Source: Gammaproteobacteria bacterium
GTDB lineage: Bacteria; Pseudomonadota; Gammaproteobacteria; Steroidobacterales; UBA11654
DNA: 38,493 bases
Assembly (NCBI GenBank): GCA_963578425.1
Contig: CAUZCF010000002.1
Span: 1 to 38,493 of the forward strand
Direction: 5' to 3'
Positions 9,884-19,672 of the stretch are shown one piece after another. How positions within the stretch are numbered: the first letter of the stretch is position 1; the number at the start of each line of letters is the position of its first letter. A model generated the notes under the pieces. The model had not been told where the DNA came from. It did no database searches and was given only the letters and a program-made list of their open reading frames with translations. The position numbers and the translations under genes were made by a program.

Positions 9884-10846
9884 TTATTGAATATTAATTT
9901 CAGCATTTTCTGGGAAAATACCAGCCTTTGGAACCATTGCAGGTACTGATCTCCCTAGCTGATTTTCTAACCAATGCGTGGTTTTTACAATTTCTTTTAA
10001 GTTTACCCCAGTCTCAATACCCGATCGGTCTAACATATAAAGAAGATCATCTGTTGGGATATTACCTGTGGCTTTAGGGGCGAAAGGACATCCACCAATG
10101 CCTCCTGTTGAAGCATCAATGATACTCACCCCAACTTCGACTGCGGCTGCAGCATTAGCTAATCCTGTGTTTCTTGTATTATGAAGATGAGTCCTCAGAG
10201 GTATTGTTGGAGCTAAATCTTTAATTAGTGAAAAGGTTGTTTTGATTTGATTGGGTACAGCTACCCCTACACTGTCAGCTAAACCTAAAACGTCAGGCTC
10301 CCCTTTTAAAATTTGTTCAGCAATTGAAGCTATGTGTTCAGGATCAACTTCTCCCTCATAAGGACAACCGAAGGAACAAGCAATTACTACACTTGTTCTG
10401 ATACCAGCAGATTTAGCTGATGATGCAATATCAAGCCAATTATCAATGGATTGTTGTGTGATCACATTTTGGTTTTTCATGTTGTATGTGTCGGTACTTA
10501 CAATAACCATACCGACCTCATCAATACCGCAATCTCTGGCTCTTTCAAAACCTCTTTGGTTCATTATCAGACCGATGTAGGTTACATCATCTCTATCTGG
10601 AAGACTCTCTACAAGTTTTTCAGCATCTGCCATCTGAGGGACTTTTTTAGGGTGCACAAAACTAGTGACCTCAATATTTTTGATTCCCGCATTGATGGTT
10701 CTAGTGATAAATTCTTTTTTAATCTCAGTGGGTAGAATTTCAGGCTCACTTTGTAAACCATCTCTAGGGCCTACCTCCAGAATTGAAACTTTAGACACGT
10801 ATAATACTCCGTCAATTGATTTTTTATTTGTGATCAAGTGTAACAA
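9884..10846 (-). CDS. Hydroxymethylglutaryl-CoA lyase family protein (HMGL-like)
   Basis: EVGPRDGLQ and HLHNTRNTGLANAAAAVEVG motifs of the HMG-CoA lyase subfamily. The real start is probably GTG at 10798 (VSKVSILEVGPRDGLQ): GGAG SD at 10810-10807 with an 8-nt spacer, and this gives the usual short N-terminus (304 aa). Confidence 0.85.
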   Translation of the reverse strand: MLHLITNKKSIDGVLYVSKVSILEVGPRDGLQSEPEILPTEIKKEFITRTINAGIKNIEVTSFVHPKKVPQMADAEKLVESLPDRDDVTYIGLIMNQRGFERARDCGIDEVGMVIVSTDTYNMKNQNVITQQSIDNWLDIASSAKSAGIRTSVVIACSFGCPYEGEVDPEHIASIAEQILKGEPDVLGLADSVGVAVPNQIKTTFSLIKDLAPTIPLRTHLHNTRNTGLANAAAAVEVGVSIIDASTGGIGGCPFAPKATGNIPTDDLLYMLDRSGIETGVNLKEIVKTTHWLENQLGRSVPAMVPKAGIFPENAEINIQ

Positions 10847-10885
10847 ATATTGTAATATTCTCTATCTTTTGAATTAATAGCACAT

Positions 10886-11761
10886 ATGAATATAGGACGA
10901 ATTTCAGCTGTAACTGTTGCCAGCCCGGATTTATCAAATACGGCAGAGCTATATACTCAATTTTTGGGCTATCGAATCGTTGATAGAGGTCAGATTACAA
11001 AAGAAGAAGCTGTTAATTGGAACGCTAAAAATATTGAGGGTTCAAACTATATAATTTTACAACCTGAGAATTCTGATGATTTTTCTTTTAGGTTCATTGA
11101 GCAAAATATTCAAAATGACTATATCCCATTTAAAAGCCCTGGATGGAATGCAGCCGAACTGATTGTTAAGAATGTTGATAATTTAGCAGAAAAGCTTTTC
11201 AACTCAGAATTTGAAATCATAGGTCCACCAGCAGACCTATCGTTTACAGACCAAATTCGTGCTATGCAGGTTATAGGTCCATCTAAGGAGATTCTTTATT
11301 TGACTCAGTTCAAATCCAAGTTACAAGAGTTTGATAGTCCCGAAGCTCGATGTGATGTTGATCAAACATTTATCGTGATCTTAGCTGGTCAATCGATGGA
11401 ACAGATGCAAAACTTTTATTGTGATAGTTTTAATTTAGAAAAAACACCAGTTATGGATTCACGCATCAGATCTATTTCAAGAGCATTTGGCAAACCCGAG
11501 AATACACAATATAAATCTTCAGCTATCCCGATAAAAGATCAATCATTGATTGAAATAGACGAGTTGCCTGAAGGATCAGATAGGAGATTAGGTGAGTCAG
11601 GCTATCTACTGCCAGGGATATCTATTGTTAGTTTTCTCTATTATCAGAGTGACACAAATAATTCTGATACCTATAGGTGTCATTTGCCTAATCTAAATAA
11701 TAAGAGATGTAGAGTGCTCCATGGCCAAAACCAAGAAATTATTGAGCTTATTCATCAATAA
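10886..11761 (+). CDS. Two-domain VOC (glyoxalase/bleomycin-resistance/dioxygenase) fold protein, function unknown
   Basis: 291 aa. The N-terminus ISAVTVASPDLSNTAELYTQFLGYRIV resembles the first beta-alpha-beta-beta-beta module of VOC proteins. This is pattern recognition only; no catalytic residues were assigned. Confidence 0.5.
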   Translation: MNIGRISAVTVASPDLSNTAELYTQFLGYRIVDRGQITKEEAVNWNAKNIEGSNYIILQPENSDDFSFRFIEQNIQNDYIPFKSPGWNAAELIVKNVDNLAEKLFNSEFEIIGPPADLSFTDQIRAMQVIGPSKEILYLTQFKSKLQEFDSPEARCDVDQTFIVILAGQSMEQMQNFYCDSFNLEKTPVMDSRIRSISRAFGKPENTQYKSSAIPIKDQSLIEIDELPEGSDRRLGESGYLLPGISIVSFLYYQSDTNNSDTYRCHLPNLNNKRCRVLHGQNQEIIELIHQ

Positions 11762-11851
11762 CCACTCCCCTTTCTAAAACTAATTATTATGATTTTGAGC
11801 TGTTATTAAGATAAACTTACCACACTACTTTTAGATTACTGGAGGAATATG

Positions 11852-14062
11852 ATGAAAGTGAACAAACTAGTTGTGTCTTTAATTGGTGGTTTATTTGCAA
11901 TAGCACTTAATACCAACGTATGGGCACAAAACTCAGGAGCTTTGGAAGAAATTGTTGTTACAGCTCAAAAAAGATCTGAATCTTTGCAAGAAGTGCCTAT
12001 TTCAATCTCAGTTTTTTCTGAGGACGATATAGAGCGACTTAATATTAGTAATACCATTGATCTGGTAAAAAACATTCCAGGGATGACCGGTGTTACGAAT
12101 GTTGGTTTACCTCAAGCTGCCGCTTATTTTATTAGAGGTATTGGCCAGGATGAATCAGTGTCTACACTCGATCCAGCTGTTGGAACCTTTGTCGATGGTG
12201 TTTTCGTTTCTAGGCAAATTGCAAATAACTCTAGACTGTATGATATTGAGAGCGTTGAGGTCTTAAAAGGCCCGCAAGGGACTCTTTATGGTCGAAATAC
12301 GACTGGTGGGGCTGTAAGAATTATTACGAAAAAGCCTACAGAAGAAAGCGAAGGATGGGTTGATCTTGCTTATGGCGATTACAACACAGTAGAAATGTCA
12401 GGAAAAATTAACTTTGCATTAACTGATAAAGTTTTTACAAAAATTACCACATTCTATATTGATCAAGGTGAGGGGTTTCTTTACAACGTAACTCTAGACA
12501 AAGATCAATGGAAAAGAGATGCTAATGGAGCTCGAGCTCAAATTCTCTATATTCCAAACGATCGTACTGAGCTTTTATTTACTGCTGAATACTCAAATGA
12601 TACTACTGGTGGCGCTGTGGGTGCTAATAAGTTGAGCGCGTGTTGTGGCGATGATTTATTTGTGGTTGAAAGTGGGCTTGAAAATACTTGGGCTAGCACT
12701 AAGTTGATGGCACTCAGTATGAAAGCAACGGTCGAGTTTGATAATTTCCAAATGGAATTGATTGCTTCTGATCGAGATTTAGAGCATAGCTTTAACAATG
12801 ATTATTCAGATCAACCTACTCCTGCGTATTCAATCCCTAATCTAAGTGACCATATCCAAAAAAGTGTTGAATTAAACTTTACGGGTTCATTAGACGGTGC
12901 GAATTACCCTGGTATTCAATGGGCTGCCGGTGCGTCTTATTATGATGATGATAACGCAGTTCTGTTTGGTGATGCTCTATTCTTATTCGGTGGTGCAGTA
13001 GCCGGCACCTTTATGCGAGATCTGACTAATGTTACTGAAGCAAGAGCAGTTTATGCTGACTTATCTGTTGATCTAGGCGGTGGCTGGGGCTTAACTGCTG
13101 GTGGTCGATACACTAAGGATGAAAGAAAAGTAAACGTTGAACAATTTCTTGATCTTAATGGCGTACCTTGGGAAGCTAGAGACCAATCTAATTTTATGGA
13201 TCGAAGTGGATGGTTATCAACAGCAGCTATAGGTCAACCGTTTGACAATGCGACTCTTGAAGCTCTAGGGACTAAAACTACAATTGATACAAGTGAGTTT
13301 ACCAGTCGAGTTGTTCTGGATTTCCAATACACTGATGACATCATGCTTTATGCCAGCATTGCCGACAGCTTTAAAGGTGGTGGATGGGCTTCTCGTGTAA
13401 CTGCTGCTGCTGATTTTAAAGATCTTAAACCTGAATTTGTTGATAATTTCGAAATGGGTGTGAAGAGCGAATGGAATGATGGCAAAGTAAGAGTTAATCT
13501 AACTTACTTTAGTGCTAACTACACTGATCTTCAAATCACAGCGATTGATCAAGCAACTGGTGCATTTGTTTACTCAAATAAAGCCGATGCTAAGGTTGAT
13601 GGAATTGAGGGTGAATTTCTCTATGCAATTAGTGACGAAATTACTCTAATCGCTAATCTTGCAACACTAGAAGGACGTTACACCGATCTTAAACCAGGTG
13701 CCGAAGGAATTGCAGAGAAAGACCTTAAAAGAACACCTGATTTCTCATACAGATACGGTATTCTTTTTGATCGAGCTCTTGCTAATGGTGTAGTTAGCTT
13801 GACTGCTGTTATAAACAGGGCAGATGATTATTATAGCAACCAAAATAATACACCTAATGGGTTTAGACCCGCTGTTAGTAAAGCTGATTTTAATATGAGT
13901 TTTAGACCAGATGACGGTAATTGGAAACTTACTGCTGGGTGTTCAAATTGTACTGATGAAACACGTGCTAATTCCACATTAGATTTTGGTACCCTTGGTT
14001 TTGTAACTCAATTCCAGGATATGCCAAAATTGTGGAGATTTTCATACCGATATGATTTCTAA
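11852..14062 (+). CDS. TonB-dependent outer-membrane receptor
   Basis: Signal peptide (…ALNTNVWAQ), TonB-box/plug start LEEIVVTAQKR, plug motifs (GIGQDESV, VEVLKGPQGTLYGRNTTGG) and a C-terminal aromatic residue (YRYDF). GGAGG at 11841-11845 favours the second ATG (11852) over 11849. Confidence 0.93.
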   Translation: MKVNKLVVSLIGGLFAIALNTNVWAQNSGALEEIVVTAQKRSESLQEVPISISVFSEDDIERLNISNTIDLVKNIPGMTGVTNVGLPQAAAYFIRGIGQDESVSTLDPAVGTFVDGVFVSRQIANNSRLYDIESVEVLKGPQGTLYGRNTTGGAVRIITKKPTEESEGWVDLAYGDYNTVEMSGKINFALTDKVFTKITTFYIDQGEGFLYNVTLDKDQWKRDANGARAQILYIPNDRTELLFTAEYSNDTTGGAVGANKLSACCGDDLFVVESGLENTWASTKLMALSMKATVEFDNFQMELIASDRDLEHSFNNDYSDQPTPAYSIPNLSDHIQKSVELNFTGSLDGANYPGIQWAAGASYYDDDNAVLFGDALFLFGGAVAGTFMRDLTNVTEARAVYADLSVDLGGGWGLTAGGRYTKDERKVNVEQFLDLNGVPWEARDQSNFMDRSGWLSTAAIGQPFDNATLEALGTKTTIDTSEFTSRVVLDFQYTDDIMLYASIADSFKGGGWASRVTAAADFKDLKPEFVDNFEMGVKSEWNDGKVRVNLTYFSANYTDLQITAIDQATGAFVYSNKADAKVDGIEGEFLYAISDEITLIANLATLEGRYTDLKPGAEGIAEKDLKRTPDFSYRYGILFDRALANGVVSLTAVINRADDYYSNQNNTPNGFRPAVSKADFNMSFRPDDGNWKLTAGCSNCTDETRANSTLDFGTLGFVTQFQDMPKLWRFSYRYDF

Positions 14063-14089
14063 ATAATCAATTTAGATAATTGTTAATAT

Positions 14090-14119
14090 AAAGGCCGGTA
14101 GAAGTACCGGCCTTTTTTT
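14090..14119 (+). terminator. Strong rho-independent terminator after the TonB-dependent receptor
   Basis: AAAGGCCGGTA-GAAG-TACCGGCCTTT: 11-bp stem with a GAAG tetraloop, followed by a T7 tract (14113-14119). Confidence 0.85.
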
Positions 14120-14138
14120 AAAGACACAAGAGGTGGCA

Positions 14139-14957
14139 ATGATAGGTCAAATAGATTTATTTTCGGTGTTCCTACTTATTATAATTTCAGCATCAATTGC
14201 TGGTGTTTTAGCAGGACTTCTTGGTGTAGGCGGAGGAATTATAATTGTTCCCCTACTCTACTATGTAATGAACTTATTAGCATACGATCAATCAATTATT
14301 ATGCACACAGCAGTTGGCACATCTTTATTTATTATAATTCCCACAAGTATTCGTTCATCGATAGAACATAGGATCCGAGGTTCATTTGATAAAGAAGTTT
14401 TCAAGTCGTGGATGGTCCCAATTGCAGTAGGCTCTGGCTTGGGTAGTGTAGCGGCCAGCTATTCTTCATTTAAAGTTTTAACACTTCTATTTGCCGGTAT
14501 AGCATCCTTTGTTTCAATACAAATGTTTATAGGAACTAAAACCAAGGAGCAAAATATAAATATCCCTAAATCTTTATTTCAAATCTCTCCTTTGTTTATA
14601 GGACTTGTTTCAGCAATGATGGGTATTGGCGGCGGCACTTTAAGTGTACCGATTATGAATTACTCTGGTATTGGCATAAAAAAAGCTGTGGGAACATCTG
14701 CGGCAATAGGTATGGTTATTGCTATCCCAGGATCATTAGGATTTATGATAGGCGGGCTTAATCAGTCTGAATTACTTCCACCATTCTCAATTGGTTATGT
14801 GAATTGGTTAGCATTTCTTTTGATCGTGCCAATTACACTGATCACAGTTCCTTATGGTGTCAAATTAGCTCATCGATCTTCCCAAAAAGGCTTGAGGAAA
14901 CTATTTGGGATTTTTCTAGGCCTTACGGCCTTAAAAATGTTTAGTGATTTAATCTAA
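14139..14957 (+). CDS. TauE/SafE family sulfite/anion exporter-like permease (DUF81)
   Basis: Polytopic membrane protein with the duplicated GxGGG motifs (LGVGGGIIIVPLL and MGIGGGTLSVPIM) typical of TauE/SafE. ATG 14139 is preferred (AAGAGG SD at 14128-14133) over the track's GTG 14133. Confidence 0.85.
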   Translation: MIGQIDLFSVFLLIIISASIAGVLAGLLGVGGGIIIVPLLYYVMNLLAYDQSIIMHTAVGTSLFIIIPTSIRSSIEHRIRGSFDKEVFKSWMVPIAVGSGLGSVAASYSSFKVLTLLFAGIASFVSIQMFIGTKTKEQNINIPKSLFQISPLFIGLVSAMMGIGGGTLSVPIMNYSGIGIKKAVGTSAAIGMVIAIPGSLGFMIGGLNQSELLPPFSIGYVNWLAFLLIVPITLITVPYGVKLAHRSSQKGLRKLFGIFLGLTALKMFSDLI

Positions 14958-14961
14958 GCAA

Positions 14962-16671
14962 TTAAAAAGACAAAGCCTGAGATTCATTGCTAGCTAAAAG
15001 CTCTATAAGAGCCTTTTTTTGATTCTCTAGCATAGTGACTCGTTGAACTTCTTTGTCTAAGAATTTTTGCCAATTAGCCACAGTTTTCAATGATGATGGT
15101 ATAGAGCATGAAATAATTTTACCCTCGATCTCTTTATTCATTTCTCTAAACGCTTTTTGGGTTTCTAAGGTAACCAGAAGTTCTTGAAGTTCTAAATTCT
15201 CTGATGCAGCACACTCTTTAAGAGCTTCTTCATTTCTATAATCTGCATCAACTTTTGCATTAACAAAAGCTTGTTTAGCATCATCATACCTTGCCTCTTC
15301 AAACTGGCACATTCCAAGAGTAATATATGATTCATCCAATCTTTTTAGATCACCTTTTTTTATAGCAGTTTGTGCCGCGTCAATACAGTCTTTAAAATTA
15401 GCCATATTTGAAAGAGAGCGTGCTAACCTAATATCTAGTTCACCGTCATCTGATAGTTTAGCTGCTTCTCTCAAAGCAACTATTGCTTCTTCATCATACT
15501 GAGCTAAAAACCACGCTTGAGCTAGGAGTTTCCAGTTTTTCTCTTCTTTATCAACTTTACCTTCATCGATTGCTTTTTGAAGGATTCTTGCAGCCTCATA
15601 AGGAGCTTCAACAGACAAATAGAGTTGAGCCATTTGAACAAATTCAGAACTCTTTTCTAAGAAACCTTCATGATAGGCTGTTTGGTATGCCGCCATTTGT
15701 TCTTTTTCTTGTCTATCTTGCCCATAAAATGCTGAAAGTTGTGTCCAATACTCTTTTTTTGACCATTCAATGACTAGTCTTTGAAGCACTGTTTTTACAT
15801 TATCCATTTGCTCAAGCTCAAAATAAGCTGCACGCAGGAGTAGCCACCAGTTTTCTTTTGTAGGACCTATAGCAAGATTTTTTACATCTGCTTCGATACT
15901 TTTTATAGCGTCTTCTATCTCAACGTATTTTTCATTACTTTTTCTAGTTTGAGCCAATTCTTCTTTAAGTTTTATTTTTATTTGTGATACTAGAGAAATA
16001 TAGTCAACTTGATCCTTATCATATTTAACCCTATATTTGCTTGCTACTTCAGCAATGTTTCTTTGTCTTTGTTCGAGTCTAAATGCATTTGCTTCTTCAG
16101 CGATAGAGATGGCTTTTTTGATGATTGGTATCATTTCTTCATATTGTTTTTGTTGATACATTGCAGATCCTTTAAGAACGTATAAATCAGTTCTATTTGG
16201 TTGGTCTGCAAGTAATGAATCAACTGCTGTGATAACACTAGGCCAATCTTCAATCTGAAAGTAGAGTTGTGCAATTGTAAACTTCGATGATTCAATTAGA
16301 CCGTCAGGAACATTAGGATCTTCGGCAACTTTTTTGTAGAAGGTAATAGCACCTTTTAAATCACCCTTAAGATAACGGACATAGGCAAAAAAATAATTTA
16401 CCTGCCCTCTTTCATAAGGTGATATTTTTTTTAACTCAAGAATACTATTTAGTATAGCAACACCTTCATCAAGTTTTTCATCCTCTATAAGCTCTTGTGC
16501 TTCACCAAGTTTCTTAGCAACTTTCTCAGACATTGAGCCAGTTTTTTTTGTTTTTCTTTTACTATTATCTTCTTGTGATTGTGCTGTCATGAAGCCAATA
16601 GAATGATGGCTGACATCAAGTCCAGTTAACAGAACTGCGATAAGGGTAATAAATATAATTTTTGATTTCAT
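14962..16671 (-). CDS. ttpD: Secreted TPR-repeat protein, last gene of the TonB2-type cluster (TtpD-like)
   Basis: 569 aa with an N-terminal signal peptide and multiple TPR-like helical repeats. Its start is 1 nt downstream of the tonB stop. Its position matches TtpD of Vibrio TonB2 clusters. Confidence 0.7.
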   Translation of the reverse strand: MKSKIIFITLIAVLLTGLDVSHHSIGFMTAQSQEDNSKRKTKKTGSMSEKVAKKLGEAQELIEDEKLDEGVAILNSILELKKISPYERGQVNYFFAYVRYLKGDLKGAITFYKKVAEDPNVPDGLIESSKFTIAQLYFQIEDWPSVITAVDSLLADQPNRTDLYVLKGSAMYQQKQYEEMIPIIKKAISIAEEANAFRLEQRQRNIAEVASKYRVKYDKDQVDYISLVSQIKIKLKEELAQTRKSNEKYVEIEDAIKSIEADVKNLAIGPTKENWWLLLRAAYFELEQMDNVKTVLQRLVIEWSKKEYWTQLSAFYGQDRQEKEQMAAYQTAYHEGFLEKSSEFVQMAQLYLSVEAPYEAARILQKAIDEGKVDKEEKNWKLLAQAWFLAQYDEEAIVALREAAKLSDDGELDIRLARSLSNMANFKDCIDAAQTAIKKGDLKRLDESYITLGMCQFEEARYDDAKQAFVNAKVDADYRNEEALKECAASENLELQELLVTLETQKAFREMNKEIEGKIISCSIPSSLKTVANWQKFLDKEVQRVTMLENQKKALIELLASNESQALSF

Positions 16672-16672
16672 T

Positions 16673-17320
16673 TTATCTTTCTAATTCGAATGTAATTTTA
16701 TGCTGTACACCAGGTACATCAATGGGGGTTCCATTAATCACTCTTGGTTTATACTTGAACTTTGCTGATGCTTTAAGTGAAGCGCTTGCAAATAAACTGC
16801 TGGTGCACTCAACAACTTTACCGTTACCAGTTGTGCCATTTCTGGTAACTGTGTATTCGACTATACACCAGCCTTCAATGCCTCTAGATAAAGCTCTGTT
16901 AGGGTAAATTGGTGCAACCTTGACAATGGGAAGGTATTCGCCTTCTCCAGCATTAAACCCCCCTATCCCTGCTCCTACTCCAACATTTGTATCCACAGCA
17001 CCGATATTGACTGTTTCTGCAGAGGTATCAATATCATCTAATTGTTGAGGTGTATCAGGTGGAGGTTCTTCTGGTTCAGGAGGTTTTTTTGGTTTAGCAT
17101 TTTTTAAATCTAAATCTTCGTCTTTCTTTATACGGACAAAATCAACAAATCTCCCTTCATATTTAGAGGTAATGGCACCTTTACCTGTGGCAATTAGAAC
17201 TTGCATTAACCAAAGAATAGAAAAGGTAGTAAACACTGATACTATCGCGGCAACAGCTAAGCGTTTTATAGGGTCTTCTATACCAAAGTTACTTTTAATT
17301 TGTTCAGTTGCTTCAGACAT
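16673..17320 (-). CDS. tonB: Energy transducer TonB
   Basis: 215 aa: N-terminal TM anchor, Pro-rich spacer KPKKPPEPEEPPPDTPQQ, and a C-terminal TonB domain (YPNRALSRGIEGWCIVEYTV...). Confidence 0.9.
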   Translation of the reverse strand: MSEATEQIKSNFGIEDPIKRLAVAAIVSVFTTFSILWLMQVLIATGKGAITSKYEGRFVDFVRIKKDEDLDLKNAKPKKPPEPEEPPPDTPQQLDDIDTSAETVNIGAVDTNVGVGAGIGGFNAGEGEYLPIVKVAPIYPNRALSRGIEGWCIVEYTVTRNGTTGNGKVVECTSSLFASASLKASAKFKYKPRVINGTPIDVPGVQHKITFELER

Positions 17321-17335
17321 AATAGTTAATTAGAG

Positions 17336-17746
17336 TTACTCACCGGCTTCCGCAGCAATTGAAACGTTATATACCCCTGCTTGTCTAGCAGCGTCCATAA
17401 CCAAGACGACTGTTTCATGAAATGCTTTTTTATCTGCTTGAATTACGACTGACCCTTCAGGGTTTTCAGCATGGAGTCTTTCTATATTCGGTCTTACTGC
17501 TCTTGGATCTATGCGTCTTCGGTTGATCCAAATTTCATTACTCGATCCTATTGCAACCAAAATATTAGCATTTTCCTTTTTAACTGCAGTTGGTGCATCC
17601 GGCCTATTAACATCTAATCCTGACTCTTTAACAAAAGAGGCAGTTACGATAAAGAAAATTAGCATGATAAAGACTACATCAAGCATCGGTGTTAAGTTAA
17701 TTTCTGCTTCTTCTTGTTCCACTGCTTGAAATAAATTTTTTCTCAT
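17336..17746 (-). CDS. exbD: Biopolymer transport protein ExbD/TolR
   Basis: 136 aa with the INLTPMLDVVFIMLIFFIV signature of ExbD/TolR. Confidence 0.92.
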   Translation of the reverse strand: MRKNLFQAVEQEEAEINLTPMLDVVFIMLIFFIVTASFVKESGLDVNRPDAPTAVKKENANILVAIGSSNEIWINRRRIDPRAVRPNIERLHAENPEGSVVIQADKKAFHETVVLVMDAARQAGVYNVSIAAEAGE

Positions 17747-17766
17747 TATTCTTTCCTCTTAATTAA

Positions 17767-18285
17767 TTAGTGATCTGATCCTAACGATTCTTCAAGATCC
17801 TCAATTTCTGAAGTTGCTTTTTCAGTCAATATAGTTACAAGAAATACTCCTGAAAGTGCTCCAACCATTCCTGCCATTGTTGGAATCGTTGCTTTTGATA
17901 CTCCTGAAGCCATGGATCTTGCATTACCTGATCCAGAAACTGCCATTACATCAAATACCTCGATCATGCCAGTGACTGTCCCCATTAGCCCTAGGAGTGG
18001 ACACAGTGCAACAAGTGTTTTAATGATTGGAATAAATTTATTAGCAGACATACTGAATTCAGAGATTAATTTCCCTCGAACGGCTTCTGAATTCCAAGAT
18101 TTTTTATCGTTTCTAGAATGCCATAAGGATTGAGTGCTTGATTTCAGTGTTTTAAGTTCAGTTTGGAAAAAAGCAAGGCGTTCGAGAATAAGCATCCACA
18201 TTAAGAATATTACTACTGCTATAAGATTTAGCACTTGTCCTCCCATTTCAAGGAAGTCCCTTACTGCGATTATTATATCACTCAT
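17767..18285 (-). CDS. exbB: MotA/TolQ/ExbB proton-channel protein (short ExbB)
   Basis: 172 aa with the conserved LGLMGTVTGMIEVF motif. Confidence 0.9.
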   Translation of the reverse strand: MSDIIIAVRDFLEMGGQVLNLIAVVIFLMWMLILERLAFFQTELKTLKSSTQSLWHSRNDKKSWNSEAVRGKLISEFSMSANKFIPIIKTLVALCPLLGLMGTVTGMIEVFDVMAVSGSGNARSMASGVSKATIPTMAGMVGALSGVFLVTILTEKATSEIEDLEESLGSDH

Positions 18286-18310
18286 TCTTCAATCCTTCGT
18301 TTGGTCAAGA

Positions 18311-19672
18311 TTAACCAGATGATTTTTCTGAATGATTAGCAATAATTCCTGCTGCCTGTTCTTGTATTATCTGAGTTACTCTTCTGCTTCTTCCACTTAC
18401 AATAGTATGTAGGAGTGTTGTCGGAATGGCTACTGTCAAACCTAATACAGTTGTCACAAGTGCTTGAGAAATACCGCCGGCCATTAGCTTTGGATCACCA
18501 GTTCCATACAAGGTAATAGCTTGGAAGGTTTTAATCATACCTGTCACTGTTCCTAGAAGCCCCATTAGTGGTGCAACAACTGAGATTACTTTAATGATGA
18601 GTAATCCTTTGTTAAGTTCTGGAGTTTCTTTAAATACAGCTTCAGCTAATTTAAGTTCTAAGGTGTCTGTATCCACGGTCTTATTTTTTTCATACACACC
18701 AAGTACACGACCAAGAGGATTATCATCACTGATAGCGCTAGCTTTTAGTTGAGCCGACACTTTCTTATCTGCCGCTTGAAGCACATACCATCTTTGTCCT
18801 GCGATACTAACCCCGAATATTCCTAGCAGTATTACCAAGTAACCAACTATTCCACCCTGTTGAACTCTTTCAATTAGGTTAGGTCTGCCTACCAATGATG
18901 CAAGTACACCGCCTAATGTTGGATCTAATCCAAAAGCAATTTTGTTATCAGATTCACTAAATAATTCAGAGGTGCTGGTAACGTATCTTCTACCTTCTGG
19001 TTGTCTTGGTATTTCAGTTACATTTCCTGTTTCAGGGGAATAATTAAGATACTTGCCATCAGCAACAATATTAAATAAACCCACCCTAGCGACCTCTATT
19101 GGAGCTTTAGATCCGTTTGTATCAATTACATCTGTTGTGAATTTTACTACTTTACCTGCCTCAGTCATTTCTCTTTGAAGTTCAAACCAAAGTCTTTCAA
19201 TTTCATCAATTGATGGAAGCTTAGAGTTGCTTCCGATTTTTTTAGCTAATTCTTCTAAGAAAGCTGATCGATCTGGGTACTGAATATTTGTAAGTGAATT
19301 ATCAAATCGAGTTCTAGCGTCACCTGCTACTTGCTGCATAACTCCAAAAAGTTCTTTAAGAGCTCCTAGTCTTTCGTTAAGTGTTTCTTGAAGATCATTA
19401 TTAACTGCTTCATTTTTCTCAAAAAGAGCTTCTAGTTGTGTGCTTCTAATTTCTTCGTTGACTTTATTTATTTCAGCATCAGCAAGTAGTGTCTCTTGTT
19501 GATCTCTTTTCTGTCTAAATTCAGCCTCTCTTTTTTGATTTTCTTGATTATCATTAACTTTTCCTTGTTGAACTCTATCCAAAAGACCATCAATGGTTGT
19601 AGCTGATTGTTGAGAATAAGCTGGTAATGCAATAAAACAAATAACAGCAACGATTATTTTGATATTTTTCAT
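18311..19672 (-). CDS. ttpC: Large MotA/TolQ/ExbB family protein with periplasmic coiled-coil N-domain (TtpC-like)
   Basis: 453 aa: signal peptide, long coiled-coil/periplasmic region, and a C-terminal ExbB-type channel (LMGLLGTVTGMIKTF). Size and position match TtpC of TonB2 systems. Its start overlaps the ttpB stop (TAATG). Confidence 0.8.
   Translation of the reverse strand: MKNIKIIVAVICFIALPAYSQQSATTIDGLLDRVQQGKVNDNQENQKREAEFRQKRDQQETLLADAEINKVNEEIRSTQLEALFEKNEAVNNDLQETLNERLGALKELFGVMQQVAGDARTRFDNSLTNIQYPDRSAFLEELAKKIGSNSKLPSIDEIERLWFELQREMTEAGKVVKFTTDVIDTNGSKAPIEVARVGLFNIVADGKYLNYSPETGNVTEIPRQPEGRRYVTSTSELFSESDNKIAFGLDPTLGGVLASLVGRPNLIERVQQGGIVGYLVILLGIFGVSIAGQRWYVLQAADKKVSAQLKASAISDDNPLGRVLGVYEKNKTVDTDTLELKLAEAVFKETPELNKGLLIIKVISVVAPLMGLLGTVTGMIKTFQAITLYGTGDPKLMAGGISQALVTTVLGLTVAIPTTLLHTIVSGRSRRVTQIIQEQAAGIIANHSEKSSG

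Noticed and set aside
11762-11848. Fur-box-like AT-rich stretch (AATTATTATGATTTTGA) upstream of the TonB-dependent receptor.
   Set aside because: The match to the GATAATGATAATCATTATC consensus is poor. Such strings are expected by chance in this AT-rich DNA, so it is not reported as a site.
19468-19650. 60-aa same-strand ORF inside the 5' part of the ttpC-like gene.
   Set aside because: It is an out-of-frame overlap within the coiled-coil-encoding region of a well-supported 453-aa gene. The sequence is Lys/Leu-rich and low-complexity, typical of an alternative-frame artefact.
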